Origin: Octopus vulgaris | Taxonomy: Eukaryota | Assembly (NCBI GenBank): GCA_951406725.2 | Contig: OX597826.1 | Location: 64,976,001 to 65,040,000 of the forward strand | Reading direction: 5' to 3' | Length of the DNA stretch: 64,000 nucleotides | Shown: piece after piece, positions 1-12,705 of the stretch | Position numbering within the stretch: position 1 is the first letter of the stretch | Layout: each line of letters starts with the position of its first letter | The notes under the pieces: generated by a model | Databases searched by the model: none | Told to the model about the DNA's origin: nothing | What the model saw: only the letters and a program-made list of their open reading frames with translations | Made by a program: the position numbers and the translations under genes

Positions 1-649
1 GACGAAAATATTTTGACAAATTAAACTTAAGTGTTGAAGTGAATTGAACGGCTTTTGTGTATTTCTTAAATGGCTTACAAACACCTTCCACGCTGCAATT
101 GTTTTCGTTTCAGCACACGATCTCAGATCAAATCACTTGCTATGCAAGTACATCCCCATAATACTATTAACACAACAACAAAAACAACACAAAGCCGATC
201 AAAGCCTTGTGAGTGGATTTAGTCAGCAGAAACTGAAAGGATTCCATTGTGTGTGTTGTTTGTTTATTCCCATCATACAATTGGTATAAATGAGCATCGT
301 CACCATACAAGGGTATTCCTTCATTTCCAGTCTTCCATGAAAACTTTTCCAGTCATAGGGAAATATTACCTTACTTAGAAACAGGCAAGATACAAAATTT
401 GCCTCAATGAATCCTACCTGATCCATGCAAGCATGTGAATGTGGAGGACATTAAAACAATGATGATATATGAATAATATTCCTAGTTATATAACTAACCA
501 AAAAGACCACTATTCATTAAAATACCCAATCAATCAAGTTAATGCATATTACTATTAGAATATTGACTCTCAACCAAATATCAGGTAAAGAATAAACTTG
601 TTGATCAGACAGGTGCAAGTACATCTGCACCGTAGGTATTACAATAAAC

Positions 650-982
650 TTTACTCTTTCTCTTTTACTCTTTTACTTGTTTCAGTCATTTGACTGCGGC
701 CATGCTGGAGCACCGTCTTTAGTCGAGCAAATCGACCCCAGAACTTATTCTTTGTAAACCCAGTACTTATTCTATCAGTCTCTTTTGCCGAACCGCTAAG
801 TGACGGGGACGTAAACACACCAGCATCGGTTGTCAGGCAATGCTAGGGGGACAAACACAGACACACAAACACACACACACATATACATATATATATATAT
901 ATACACATATATACGACAGGCTTCTTTCAGTTTCCGTCTACCAAATCCACTCACAAGGCATTGGTTGGCCACTCCTGCGCCT
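650..982 (-). mobile_element. tRNA-derived SINE family A, internally deleted copy
   Basis: homologous to the full copies; lacks most of the tRNA-like head. Confidence 0.8.
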
Positions 983-1221
983 ATGTCTGAACATCATAAA
1001 TATCTCTTCATCACTTAGTAATAAGCATTAAGTATGGAGGGAGGTATGAAATAGGAAAATATTTTCTCCAATAAATTGCATATGTATTCTTAGAAAATCT
1101 AAAATAAGTTTTAAAATCATTTAAAATAATTTCTTTTTAATGGAATGGAAACACGAGAAATGAGAAGAGTAATTCATTAACTCTCCTGTAACCATATTTC
1201 TGTTAAAATACTCTGCATTAC

Positions 1222-1603
1222 TCCTTTCAGTCATTTGACTGCGGCCATGCTGGAGCACCACCTTTAATCGAGCAACTCGACCCCAGGACTTATTCTTTGT
1301 AAGCCCAGTACTTATTCTATCGGTCTCTTTTGCCAAACCGCTAAGTGACGGGGACATAAACACACCAGCATCGGTTGTCAAGCAATGCTAGGGGAACAAA
1401 CACAAACATACACGCGCACACACATATACATATATATACATATATACGACGGGCTTCTTTCAGTTTCCGTCTACCAAATCCACTCACAAGGCTTTGGTCA
1501 GCCCGAGGCTATAGTAGAAGACATTTGCCCAAGATGCCACGCAGTGGGACTGAACCCGGTACCATGTGGTTGGTAAACATGCTACTTACCACACAGCCAC
1601 TCC
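1222..1603 (-). mobile_element. tRNA-derived SINE family A
   Basis: A-box TGGCTGTGTGG and B-box-like GGTTCAGTCC, internal (TA)n(TG)n; many copies in the window. Confidence 0.85.
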
Positions 1604-1683
1604 TTCATTTTTAAAATAATGGAGAATTTGGTAAAATATTTTTATCATTATTAGCGCAGGTAAAATATTTTTATCATTATATA

Positions 1684-1855
1684 GGCGCAGGACTGGCTGT
1701 GTGGTAAGTAGCTTGCTTACCAACCACATGGTTCTGGGTTCAGTTCCACTGCATGGCACCTTGGGCAAGTGTCTTCTACTATAGCCTCAGGCCGACCAAA
1801 GCCTTGTGAGTGAATTTGGTAGACAGAAACTGAAAGAAGCCCTCGTATATATGTG

Positions 1856-1888
<33 letters not shown>

Positions 1889-2095
1889 CTGTGTTTGTTC
1901 CCCCCACCCCCATCGCTTGACAACCGATGCTGGTGTGTTTACATCCCCGTAACTTAGCGATTCGGCAAAAGAGACCAATAGAATAAGTACTAGGCTTACA
2001 AAGAATAAGTCCTGGGGGTCGAGTTCCTCGACTAAAGGCGGTGCTCCAGCATGGCTGCAGTCAAATGACTGAAACAAGTTAAAGAGTAAAAGAGT
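1684..2095 (+). mobile_element. tRNA-derived SINE family A
   Basis: same family, opposite orientation; aaagagt-type tail. Confidence 0.85.
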
Positions 2096-2104
2096 ATTAA
2101 TCTG

Positions 2105-2492
2105 TCGAGCTGACAGAATCGAATAAAGTGATTAGTAGCATTTTTATGGCTGTTTACATTCTGAGTTCAAATCCCAGGGCTAACTTTGCCTTTCATCATT
2201 TTGGGTTTGATAAAATAAAGTACTGGTCAAGTACCAAAGTCAGTATAATCAAGCACCCTCTTCTTAGTTGCTGGACTTATGCCAAAATTTGATAAAAATT
2301 ATTCATCTGGTGTTTAAAGAATTGAGCTGGTGGAATCATTAGGATGTTGTCAGTCAAAATGCTTACCAGCATTTTTTCCAAACCTTTATAGTTTGAATCC
2401 AAATGCGAACATCACTTTTGCCTTCCATCCTTTTGGGATTAACAAAATAAAGTACCAGTGAAGTACCAGGGTCAATATAATCAACCCCACGT

Positions 2493-2524
<32 letters not shown>

Positions 2525-2550
2525 TACTGGCCTTGTGCCAAAATTTAAAA
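2105..2550 (+). mobile_element. Two tandem copies of an old SINE family D (others at about 3975-4175(-) and 5130-5570(+))
   Basis: recurrent gagttcaaat..ctttgcctttcatcc..gataaaataa..gtacc motif. Confidence 0.65.
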
Positions 2551-2709
2551 CAATATTAATTGTTGTTTGAAGAAAGGATTTAATGAATTTATATTTCTTA
2601 AAAATAAGAAGTTTGTATCATTTGAACCAGAGGTAGCCTAAGGCGTGTTGGTATCAAAACAGCTAATTGATTAATTATGAATTTTTTTTTCCGTTTTTTC
2701 TCCTCTTAG

Positions 2710-2846
2710 ATAATCAGGAACTGACTCCTGAAATTATTGTAGATAGAACTAAGTACATGGTTAATGAAAAAATTGAAATGAGTTGCAAAGTTGACGTTAA
2801 CAAACAAAGTGCGATACATATGGAATGGATCTTACCAAATAATAAA
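2710..2846 (+). CDS. VEGFR: RTK exon, first half of Ig domain 3 (NQELTPEIIV...EMSCKVDV...HMEWILPNNK)
   Basis: ttag| acceptor and |gtaagt donor; Ig B-strand Cys and C-strand Trp; ends in phase 0. Confidence 0.88.
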
Positions 2847-5673
2847 GTAAGTCGCTCAACAAACTTATTTCTATTATTCAGCTTTTAATCTATTATTTAA
2901 TGTTGTCATTGTTCTTGTTATTATTACAGGGCAAAGTCTCTTCAACGGTTTGAAAAAATGTTTCAGTTTTACTTTTAATAACTTTATATTTATTATGTTT
3001 CTTATCTTCATTTATTTTTTTCCAGATTTTGCAAAAGGAAAAAAACAGAAATTAGATTCTAAAAAAAAAATGAGTAATGCTTGAAGTGCTGCCTTGCACT
3101 GGTTTTGATCCCTATGCAAGGAGCTTAATCACTCAAGCTGATTGAGTGGTTTGTAAGAGAGTCAGACAATAAAATTCATTTATCCAGGTGTCTGGACTGA
3201 ACCCAAGCCACAATGGTCACAGTAAAGGGATGTCCAATTAAAAATATGCAACATTTTGTGTTAGAGTTATTTGGACATTTAGTATTTGAAGCCCTTTCCC
3301 TCTACTGACAAAAGTAATGTTTCCCATGAGCATGTGGCCTTCATGTTAGCCTATCTATGAGAACCAATACCAATTTATTTGTTTTTTTTAAATTATACCC
3401 ATTCTTGTTATTTTGCTTATTTCTTCTAGTCAGTTTATCATCCAGTTTATCTCTCATCCACAAGTTCTGAAATTCAATACAGTCTCTAATCACTAAAAAT
3501 TGAACTAAAATTCATATATTTACTCTGTTTTTAAAGATCACATTATATTATTATTTTAGTCAAGCAAAAAATTTGCTTAACTTTAGCTTTCTTTTTTATT
3601 TCACAAAATTCTTAAACTTTCAACAGTTTATAATATTGTTATATGATATGATGGCACCTGGAGAATATGATGTCATTAGAAGGTCATTTAAATGTGGTCT
3701 GGGAAATATCTGTGCTTTAGCTTATGGCAGGGGATAAATAACACAAACCAATAAAGTGTCTCTAAGTGGTTACTGAACATGTTTGAAACAGCAGCCAGAT
3801 CTCCCTCAAATCAATCAAAACTCCACTATCTTCAACAAAGTTACATTCAATAATTTGGCTTTTGACAGTCTTAAAAAGATGGGATGATCAACGCTGGAAT
3901 GCTTTTGATTATAGATTTACTCAGTCAAGATTGATTTGAATCTAAACTACGAGTACATTTTTTTTTTACATTCTAAACACAAGGCCTGAAATTTTCTGGG
4001 AAGGGGCCATTCGATTAGATCAACCTCAGTACGCAACTAATACTTAATTTATCGACCCTGAAAGGATGACAGGCAAAATCGACCTCGGCAGAATTTGGAC
4101 TCAGAACTTAAAGACTGACAAAATACCACTAAGCATTTCACCCAATGTGCTAACGTTTCTGCCAGCCCGCTGCCTTCTAAACTACAAGTACTACAAATAA
4201 AACGATCATGTGATTGACCAGACTATCAGATGTTGTTACACATTGCTTGTCACAATATGCTTTGCATCATTTTAGTCTTCAAATGATGTCACCCTGCTGG
4301 CTAGGCCAGAAGGCCAACATCCTCTCCCCCACCCACACCCCGATCAAAAGGGAAACTTGGAGCAACATGAAATGAAATGAAGTGTTTTTCTCAAGAACAC
4401 AATGCACTGCCTGGTCTAGGAATCGAATCTATGATCAAGTGATTGTGGATGCAACAGCCTAACCACTAGGCCACATGCCTTCACGTACAAATGACATAAT
4501 ATGCTTGTGTAAATAAGCCAACTTTTATAACTCTCTACAGAGTCTCCAAGATTGGTGGGCGTGAGGAAGAAAGGTATCCTCTAATCAGAGACCCAGCTAG
4601 AATACTTGCCACCTTGGATACCTTGAGAGGATTTCACTGACCCTGTTGCAAGTGATTGTGTTAAGCTGGGTGATGGATGAAACTTGCCATCCAAGTAGAC
4701 CCTGGCAGGATCTGAACTCAGAGCACAAAGTTCTAAAATAAATACCACTAGGCAGCTTATCCCATGTTCTTTCAGTTTCGCCGACTCGCCACCCTCAGTT
4801 AGTACCCACCCCCCTTTTTTTTATGTCAACCTTAAAAAGATAACAAGCAAAAGTGATCTGCAACCAGATTTGAACTCATCTGTAGTGACCCCAGCCAGAT
4901 TTCAACTCATCTACTACAGAAAGCTCAAACTGGAATAAAATTAATGTCATCAAAAGAGAAGTCTAACATTTGAAGCTGAACTCTTCAGAGAAGAGAGAAT
5001 TGATTACTGAGGATGAAGGATAAATAAAATTTGCCAACTGACATTTCAGTTCTATCTAATGAAACACTAAACATCATGGTATAGAATTTGTCTCAACTTT
5101 TTGTATTATCATTTGCCAATGTAAAACAGTGACCTGGCAGAATTGTTAGCATACCAGGTAAAATGATTAGCAGCATTTCTTCCAGCTTTATATTCAGAGT
5201 TCAAATTCTGCTGAGGTCAGCTTTGGAGTTTCAAAGCCACCGAGGTTGATTTTGCCTTTCATCCTTCCAGGGTTGATAAAATAAGTACCAGTTCAGAATT
5301 TGGGTTCATGTAATCAACTACTTCCTCCTCTCAAATTAGAAAGAATTATTTATTTCCAGTTTTAAGAGTAGTGGAATGAGCAGATTCCTTTGACCTTGGA
5401 CAAAATGTCTTGCAACTTTTCTTTTGGTTTATCACGTTCTGTGTTCAAATCCCACCATAGTTAATTTTACCTTTCTTCTTTTCATCTAGAAAGTAACCAG
5501 TCATGTATTAGGGTCAGTTATATCAACTAGCTCCCTCCTTTCAAAACTGTTGGCCTTGTTCCTAGATTAGAAGCAATTTTTTATTTCTAATTTTATGTCT
5601 GTCATTCAAATAATATTTATTTCATTCTTTCTTTTTATCTTTTTCTTTTTGTATCTTTCTCCTCTTCCTCTAG

Positions 5674-5700
5674 GTAATTGTGGTTTGCAAAGCTGACCAG
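5674..5700 (+). CDS. Candidate 27-nt phase-0 microexon (VIVVCKADQ) within Ig3
   Basis: about 50-nt polypyrimidine tract ending tag|, CAG|gtaaag donor, frame-preserving. Confidence 0.5.
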
Positions 5701-7855
5701 GTAAAGTGCTGTTCCTATCAGCATTAATCCTTCAAAACTGCATTTTGTCATGCTTAACTATTTATTGTCGTAGTAGGTAGCAACATGGTGCAGAGTGTAG
5801 AGTCACCTAACAAACAGAGAAACACACTTCACTCATGTTGCTATTACTCTTCACAAAGACATAAACGGTACCAAAAAAAAAAAAAAAAAAAATTCTCCTC
5901 TCTTATGCTTCATGTCTCTATAAGAAATTGTTATGAGGTACAATAAATTTTCAAGTGGGTTAATTTCTAGACACTTATCTGTCATTACTTTAAATTTATT
6001 GTGTTTTGTTCACATACTTAACTATACTTGGGTTTAAATACTTCCTGTTTAATTATGAAATTGTAATTAATACTTTTGAGAAGTAAATAATCAAGTGCTG
6101 AAGGCTGTGGTGAAATGTCTCTCAAGATATTTCAATATTACTAACATTTGAATTACAGTCATTGTCTTCTCAATACTTACGTGTCAGGTGTCTGGTACAG
6201 TGAGAAATTGGTAACCAGCTTTTCCTGTGTTAGAATCATTTAAGTTGCTACCAAAGTCAAAGCCTCTGAGAAAGGGATGAATGCTACAATTCTGTTTCCT
6301 TTCCTATTCTGTCTTTGGCAAGATATTTCACTTTCTTTAAAGCTAGAAGTCTAAATATTTCAAAATTTTCTGCATGAAAACTGCATGCATATTTAACTCT
6401 TAGGTATAACAAATATATTATATATTTGTGAGTGTTATAGTGTACAGCTGGGTAGAAAGGATTTAAGATATGAGGCAAGTAGGTAGAATACATATGTATA
6501 GGTATAGTAATACAAACAGGAAAATAGAACTCAAAACACATATATTTTAAAATTTAATCAGCACAAAGTTGCAAACTAATTCAAGAGCTGAGAGTTTCAT
6601 GCATTGCCAATGCATAAAAGTTTCCATCCTTGAGTCAGTTTGTAATTTCTGCCAATTATATATATATAGGTAGGGATCTCAGGGAGTAGCATCCCTGCCT
6701 TCCTGAGCAAGTTTTCCACCGCATTTCTTAAAAATCATGGTAGAGGCCTTGGTCTCAGGACCACTTGTGTCTAGAAACTGAGGTGGGAGGTAAGCGAGGG
6801 CATGCTCCCCATAGAAAATCTAGCTCCAAAAAAGCCTCATGATGGCAAGCCAGCCCAAAGGTTGGGGTTGGCTGCATTTGCCTACCTTGGTTGCTATGGC
6901 ATTGAGTCAGATTTGACCACCCCCGTTAACAGGAACAAAACCTAGCCCTATTGGGCAGCTTTTAAGCTAGGTCCTGTGGAGGGCTCTTCATTAGGCTTTG
7001 GGCCCAACAGTGGCACTTCATGCATTGCGTACATATCAGATTTTATTAAAGTTGAACAATATTTTTCAAGCAATGAACAATTTTCATCAAAACAATGATA
7101 TAATTTGTCAACTTGGAATTTGTTGCAAAGCTGCATGATAAAACAGCAGTACCACCACCATCGCCACCACATCTGCCATACACACACCATTCAGCCTTTT
7201 TGTGATGGTAATGTGGTGATAGTAATAGTATGAGTTGTAGCAGTAATAGAGGCAGTGGTGGTGGTGGTGGTGGTGGTAGGCACAGTGGTCAGGGATGATG
7301 GTGAGAGTAAGTAATGTAAAAGACAGTGGTGATGGTGATGGAGGGGAAGGTGGCAATGTCAAAGGTATTGATGGTGGTGGCATCAGAAGTTTGAATAGTG
7401 TGTGTATGGCAGATGTGGCAGCGATAGTGGTTGTACTAAGAAAATGTATATTTATATATATATATGGGTGTTCTGTTGCATTAAAAGAATATATTAAGAT
7501 ATGTACAGCTGGGTAGAGAGGATATGTAATGATATATGGGTGCTCAGTTATGTACAAAGTTCTGTACACTTAAGTAAAATATATAAATTAACTTAGCTAT
7601 AGGGTTTGTTGTATTGTAGCTGTGTTGTCTTGACTAACTGATCTCTATAGCTTTGTTAACATCCTGTCTGTTGTACTGCAGTCATGTTGTCATAGTCATT
7701 GTTTCTATTGTGTGGCAAAATAATTGCACTATCGTTATATTGTCTCTTTCTAATTGCATTGGTATAACTTTTTTCATATGTATGCATGTTAATTAGAAAC
7801 TGTCCTTAGTCTACTTTCTGTTTCCACATCTACATGTATGTGTTTATATATATAT

Positions 7856-7946
<91 letters not shown>

Positions 7947-9729
7947 AGGCACAAGCACCTACACACACATATGCACACATGGCAGTAACTTCCGCCGACC
8001 AAATTCAATCACTAAGCTTCGGTCAGCCCAAGGCTATAGCAGAAGACACTTGCCCAAAGTGCCACGCAGTGGGACTGAACCCAAAACCATGTAGCTAGGA
8101 AGCAAGATCCCTAACCACACAGCCATGCCCGCGCCTACAAATGTATGTACATTTGTAGGCGCTAAGTGTGTGGCAAGCTTTATATGGCCAGATGCCCCTC
8201 CTGATGCCAACCCCCGCCTGTTGCCAAGCGAGGTATATATATACACATAATATATATACACACACATGCATGCACATGTGCGCACACTCTCACATACACC
8301 ACATGCACAATGCTTCTGTACAGTTGCCATCTACCAGTTTGATTGAGTGGCTGTAGTAAAACACATTAGAACTCCAAACCACATGGTTACTAAGACAGTT
8401 CTCTAACCACACAGTTATGCATTCATCATCATCATCATCATCATTGAACGTCCGCTTTCCATGCTAGCATGGGTTGGACGATTTGACTGAGGACTGGCAA
8501 ACCAAATGGCTGCACCAGACTCCAAACTGATCTGGCAGAGTTTCTACAGCTGGATGCCCTTCCTAGCACCAACCACTCCAAGAGTGTAGTGGGTGCTTTT
8601 ACGTGCCACTGGCATAAGGGCCAGTCGGGCAGTACTGGCAATGGCCTCGCTCAAATGGTGCTTTTTATGTGCCACTGGCAGGGAGGCCAGTTTGTTGCTC
8701 TGGCAACGATCACGTTCGTATGGTACTCTTAGCACTCCACTAGCATGGATGCCAGTCATCAAATTTGATTTCGACATATATCTCTTATCTCTTATGATAA
8801 AAGGCAAATTTTCTCTGCCTCCCAAACCGTTTGTTTTTTATACAATTGTACAATATAGAATTTCTTCAATTGGAATTTACCTATGATTTTTGCAAGTTGA
8901 TTCCATCGGGTCGTGGCATGTAAAGTTTTTTCAATTTCACCCCCAATTAAGGAAAAATTCGAGAAAACTCAATATTTTACGATTTCCCTCTTTCATTTAA
9001 AGTGCTTCACTCCTACCATTACCACCACACTTTCTGCTACTTTCTCTTTGCAAGTCTGCAACAATTAAAGTTAAAGTCTTTATATAACAGGGATAATTTC
9101 TCCTACTTTCTCTTTGTAAGTGTACCTTAAACCACTACTCAAAAAAAATACACAGCAAACAGAAACAAATAAATACATAACGATTTACTCCTCACACAAT
9201 TTCTTCAATTAGAGTTTACCTATGATTTTTCCAAGTACTTCCATTTGGTCACGGCATACAAATTTCTTTCAATTTGACCCCCAATTAAGATAAAATTCGA
9301 GAAAAATCAATATTTTAACATTTCACTCTTTCACTTCAAAGCCTTTACTCTGCCTATTACTCCCACTTCCTCTTTACACACATAGACACGCAAATATATG
9401 AATAAAATTGTAAGCTAACGTGTGTGAGTGTGTATGTGTGCGTGTGTGAGTGTGTGTGTGACAGGGATGAGCCATTCAGACTGGTCATCCTTTTTGCTAG
9501 AAGAAGATCCCCTATGGTCTTATATGCTACACCACTGGTTTTCAGTTCATATTAATCTAATTTAATATTCAGAACAAGAAGCACTATTCATTATAATACA
9601 TCAGTTCCACACATTTACCCTGGTTCCATTTCGGACAACTGCACAAACATTTGCCATTTGACACATGTATGTAAACAAATTCCTTTCTTAAAAATTTCAA
9701 TTCATTTTCTTTTTCAATGATATTTAATT

Positions 9730-10162
9730 ATATTTATATATTCATCTATACACACATGTATGTATAACGTGTGTGTATATATTTCCATACAGGTAACCAT
9801 TCACGCCATACAAAGTTATTTAGAACGAAAATAAGATCTAAAGTATATCCAAGTAGCAGAAAGGTCGCCCAAAAGTGTATATAGATATATAAATGTATTT
9901 ATATATTCATCTATGCACACATGTATGTATAACGTGTGTGTATATATTTCCATAGAGGCAACCATTCACTCCATACAAAGTTTTTTAGGACGAAAATAAG
10001 ATCTAAAGTTATCTCTAAGAAGCAGAAAGATCGCCCAAAAGTGTATATAGATATTTAAATGTATTTATATATTCATCTATACACACATGTATGTATAATG
10101 TGTGTGTATATATTTCCATAGAGGTAATCATTCACTCCATACAAAGTTTTTTAGGACGAAAA
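9730..10162. repeat. Tandem repeat, about 166-bp unit, about 2.6 copies
   Basis: repeated atttatatattcatctatacacacatgtatgtataacgtgtg...ccatacaaag...cgaaaa. Confidence 0.85.
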
Positions 10163-10548
10163 TCTTTATATATAAAAGAAAGGTTGTGTGTCTGTCTACT
10201 CCGATTTAGATTCCTAACTACTCCCACATTTTGCGGTGCAGTTTAACCAAAACCAGTTATCTTATAGTCGTGATTCATATCAAGCCCTTCTGGGTATTAG
10301 CACGCGTCTATGATGAGTCTACGATTTTAAAAATAATTTACCATCATTTTTTTCCATTTTAATGCATTTTTTCACTATTATATAAGGGAAGTAACTCTCT
10401 AAAAATGTCTACGATGAGTCAACGATTTAAATAAAAATTTACCATAACTTTTTTTTCCATTTTTAATGCATTTTTTGCTGTAACTCTCTAAAAATGCTTT
10501 ATAGTTATTTCCATTACAGACCCGAGCAACGCCGGGCGATACTGCTAG
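10163..10548 (+). mobile_element. Non-autonomous Helitron
   Basis: A|TC 5' end, cccgagcaacgccggg hairpin, CTAG|T 3' end; second copy at 19203. Confidence 0.78.
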
Positions 10549-12287
10549 TATATATATATATAAAGTTAATCCAAACAAGAAAGCACAAAAAAACGCAACA
10601 CGAGGACGTGGAACAAATATAGTATTATTGGACGTTTTGAGCGGAGCTCTTCGTCGGAAACATAGAAGGAAAGATCCAGAGGAGGGAAGACAGGGAAAAA
10701 TATCACCAACGGTACACACGAGGTCACACTCGCACGCACACACATACATGCATGCACAATGCTTCTCTACAGTTTCCATCTACCAGTTTCATTGAGTGGC
10801 TGTAGTAAAGCACACTAAATCTCAAAACCACATGGTTACTAAGACAATTCTTTGACCACACAGTTAGGCATTGTATATCATTATTTGGATTTACTAAGCT
10901 ACTTCACAAATACTTTCAGTAAATCATGCATATAAAATCTTTAAATGTGTGGATTGTATTATGTACATGTGTAATAATTTATATTATTACACATGTATAA
11001 ATATGTTTTGTCACAGACACAGAGACACTACACTTAAGTTTTATTGTGGTCTCTCTGTCATGTGCTGATGGTTTCATTGTCCTTACATTATTTTCTTCCT
11101 TGATCCTATAAATTGAGTAATAATCTTTTAACTCAAACACACTGACACTTTAATCCTGTGAACCCTTTATATGGTTTTTTTCCTGACCATTTAACTGTTT
11201 ATTACACTATCATTCTAAATTATATAATGCAATAACATTTTCACTATTTCGTCTTCATTTGATTTCTTGTGTCACACTTACAATCTCATTTAATGAATTT
11301 CAACATCTTTTTAAGCCTTCTGTTTTCATTTCTTCTATTCTTAATTTGTACTTCATTTTTTTGCATTTTAATTTACTCACAAAATAATACTAAATTCTGC
11401 ATGCTTGTTCACAACATAGCTACTGAATTAATATGTGGTGGTGATGGTGTTGTTTTTGCTGTTGTTGTTTAAGACTTTTATGTAAAGTGAGATGTTAGTG
11501 TTATATGTTATATATCACAGGATTGCTCTCTAAATTACTTTGTTCTAGAATTAGAAATAAAGCCTATTATTACCTCTTTAATTGATATAAATTTATTGGG
11601 TACATTGATAAATGTCTTGTCATCTATATTTCTCCATTTATGCTTCCAAAGGCTCCATCATGGAATGACATAAACTTGACCTCAGAATTACTTGATTTTG
11701 TTCTTTATGCTGATATGTCACTTATTTACCCTTGAGCACTTTGGAACTGAAATAGAACAAATACAAGGCTGTATAAGCCATAAACTTTTTTAATGTATCA
11801 AATTGGTTAATGAAAAATAAATATTCATTGAACATCAGTAAATTTAAAGGCATCTTCTTTCATTATCATCAACAAAAGTACTTTTCACTTGATTCAATCA
11901 ATCTCTCATTTCAAATTTAGTCATTTAATGGTAACATTAGAATGTGATGATCATTTTGTCTTGCTTTGATGATAGATGAATATACTCTTTATTTTGGTCA
12001 TTTGAGCAACTAGAAGACATTTAATACTTAATTATCTAGTGACAATGACGAAAAACAGGAAGGGTACTAAAGTATCACCTTGAAGTATTTCTAGAATTAC
12101 ATCTTTGTTTCATTGATAGGTGTAAGATCAGTGGATTTTGTGTTTTTGTGTAAAGTACTTTTAATGACATCAGTTACCTGTTGAATGATGCCAAACAGCT
12201 ATGGTAACTTAAGAGTACTTCAGTCATACTTATATCTATAAACATATATATAGAGAAAGAGATAGATAGACAAACACAGACAGACAG

Positions 12288-12327
<40 letters not shown>

Positions 12328-12419
12328 AAACACACATATGAAAGCAAAGACCATAGTAACCTCAGACAATGGAATGCAAAAGTTTGTTAGAGTAAGGTAC
12401 TCTCTTTCTCTTTGGTTCA

Positions 12420-12705
12420 TAGGATTATGCTCAAGGTGGCTCCGTCATTCACATGTGCCATCCTTGCTACATTCACCCATCTTTACGTGAAACATTCATT
12501 AGACAAAACTTGCCTCTCTACTCTCACCTTCCTTTTCAAGTGATACTTGGAAAAGTTGATGAGTGACCAGAGAGGAAAGTGTTCGTTTCTAGGCCTTTCA
12601 AGCACATCCACCACACACATTCTTTCGCTTGGAGTCCCCTTGTTTCCAAGGTGACTCCAAGCCATGCGCATTTAAACAACCAATCTTAAGCATAATCCTA
12701 ATGAG
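12420..12705. other. Structured ~285-nt element (terminal inverted repeat plus two internal hairpins) coinciding with a putative stop-containing cassette exon
   Basis: 12420-12435 pairs with 12685-12700 (15/16); hairpins at 12508-12580 and 12627-12662; acceptor at 12422 and GAG|gtatgt donor at 12705. Confidence 0.5.

Noticed and set aside
830-2077. Recurrent short ORFs (RASFSFRLPNPLTRLWSARG; SVSVYQIHSQGFG) here and elsewhere
   Set aside because: Translations of SINE family A, not genes
7108-7569. 153-aa His/Pro-rich ORF
   Set aside because: Derived from (GGT/GAT)n low-complexity sequence
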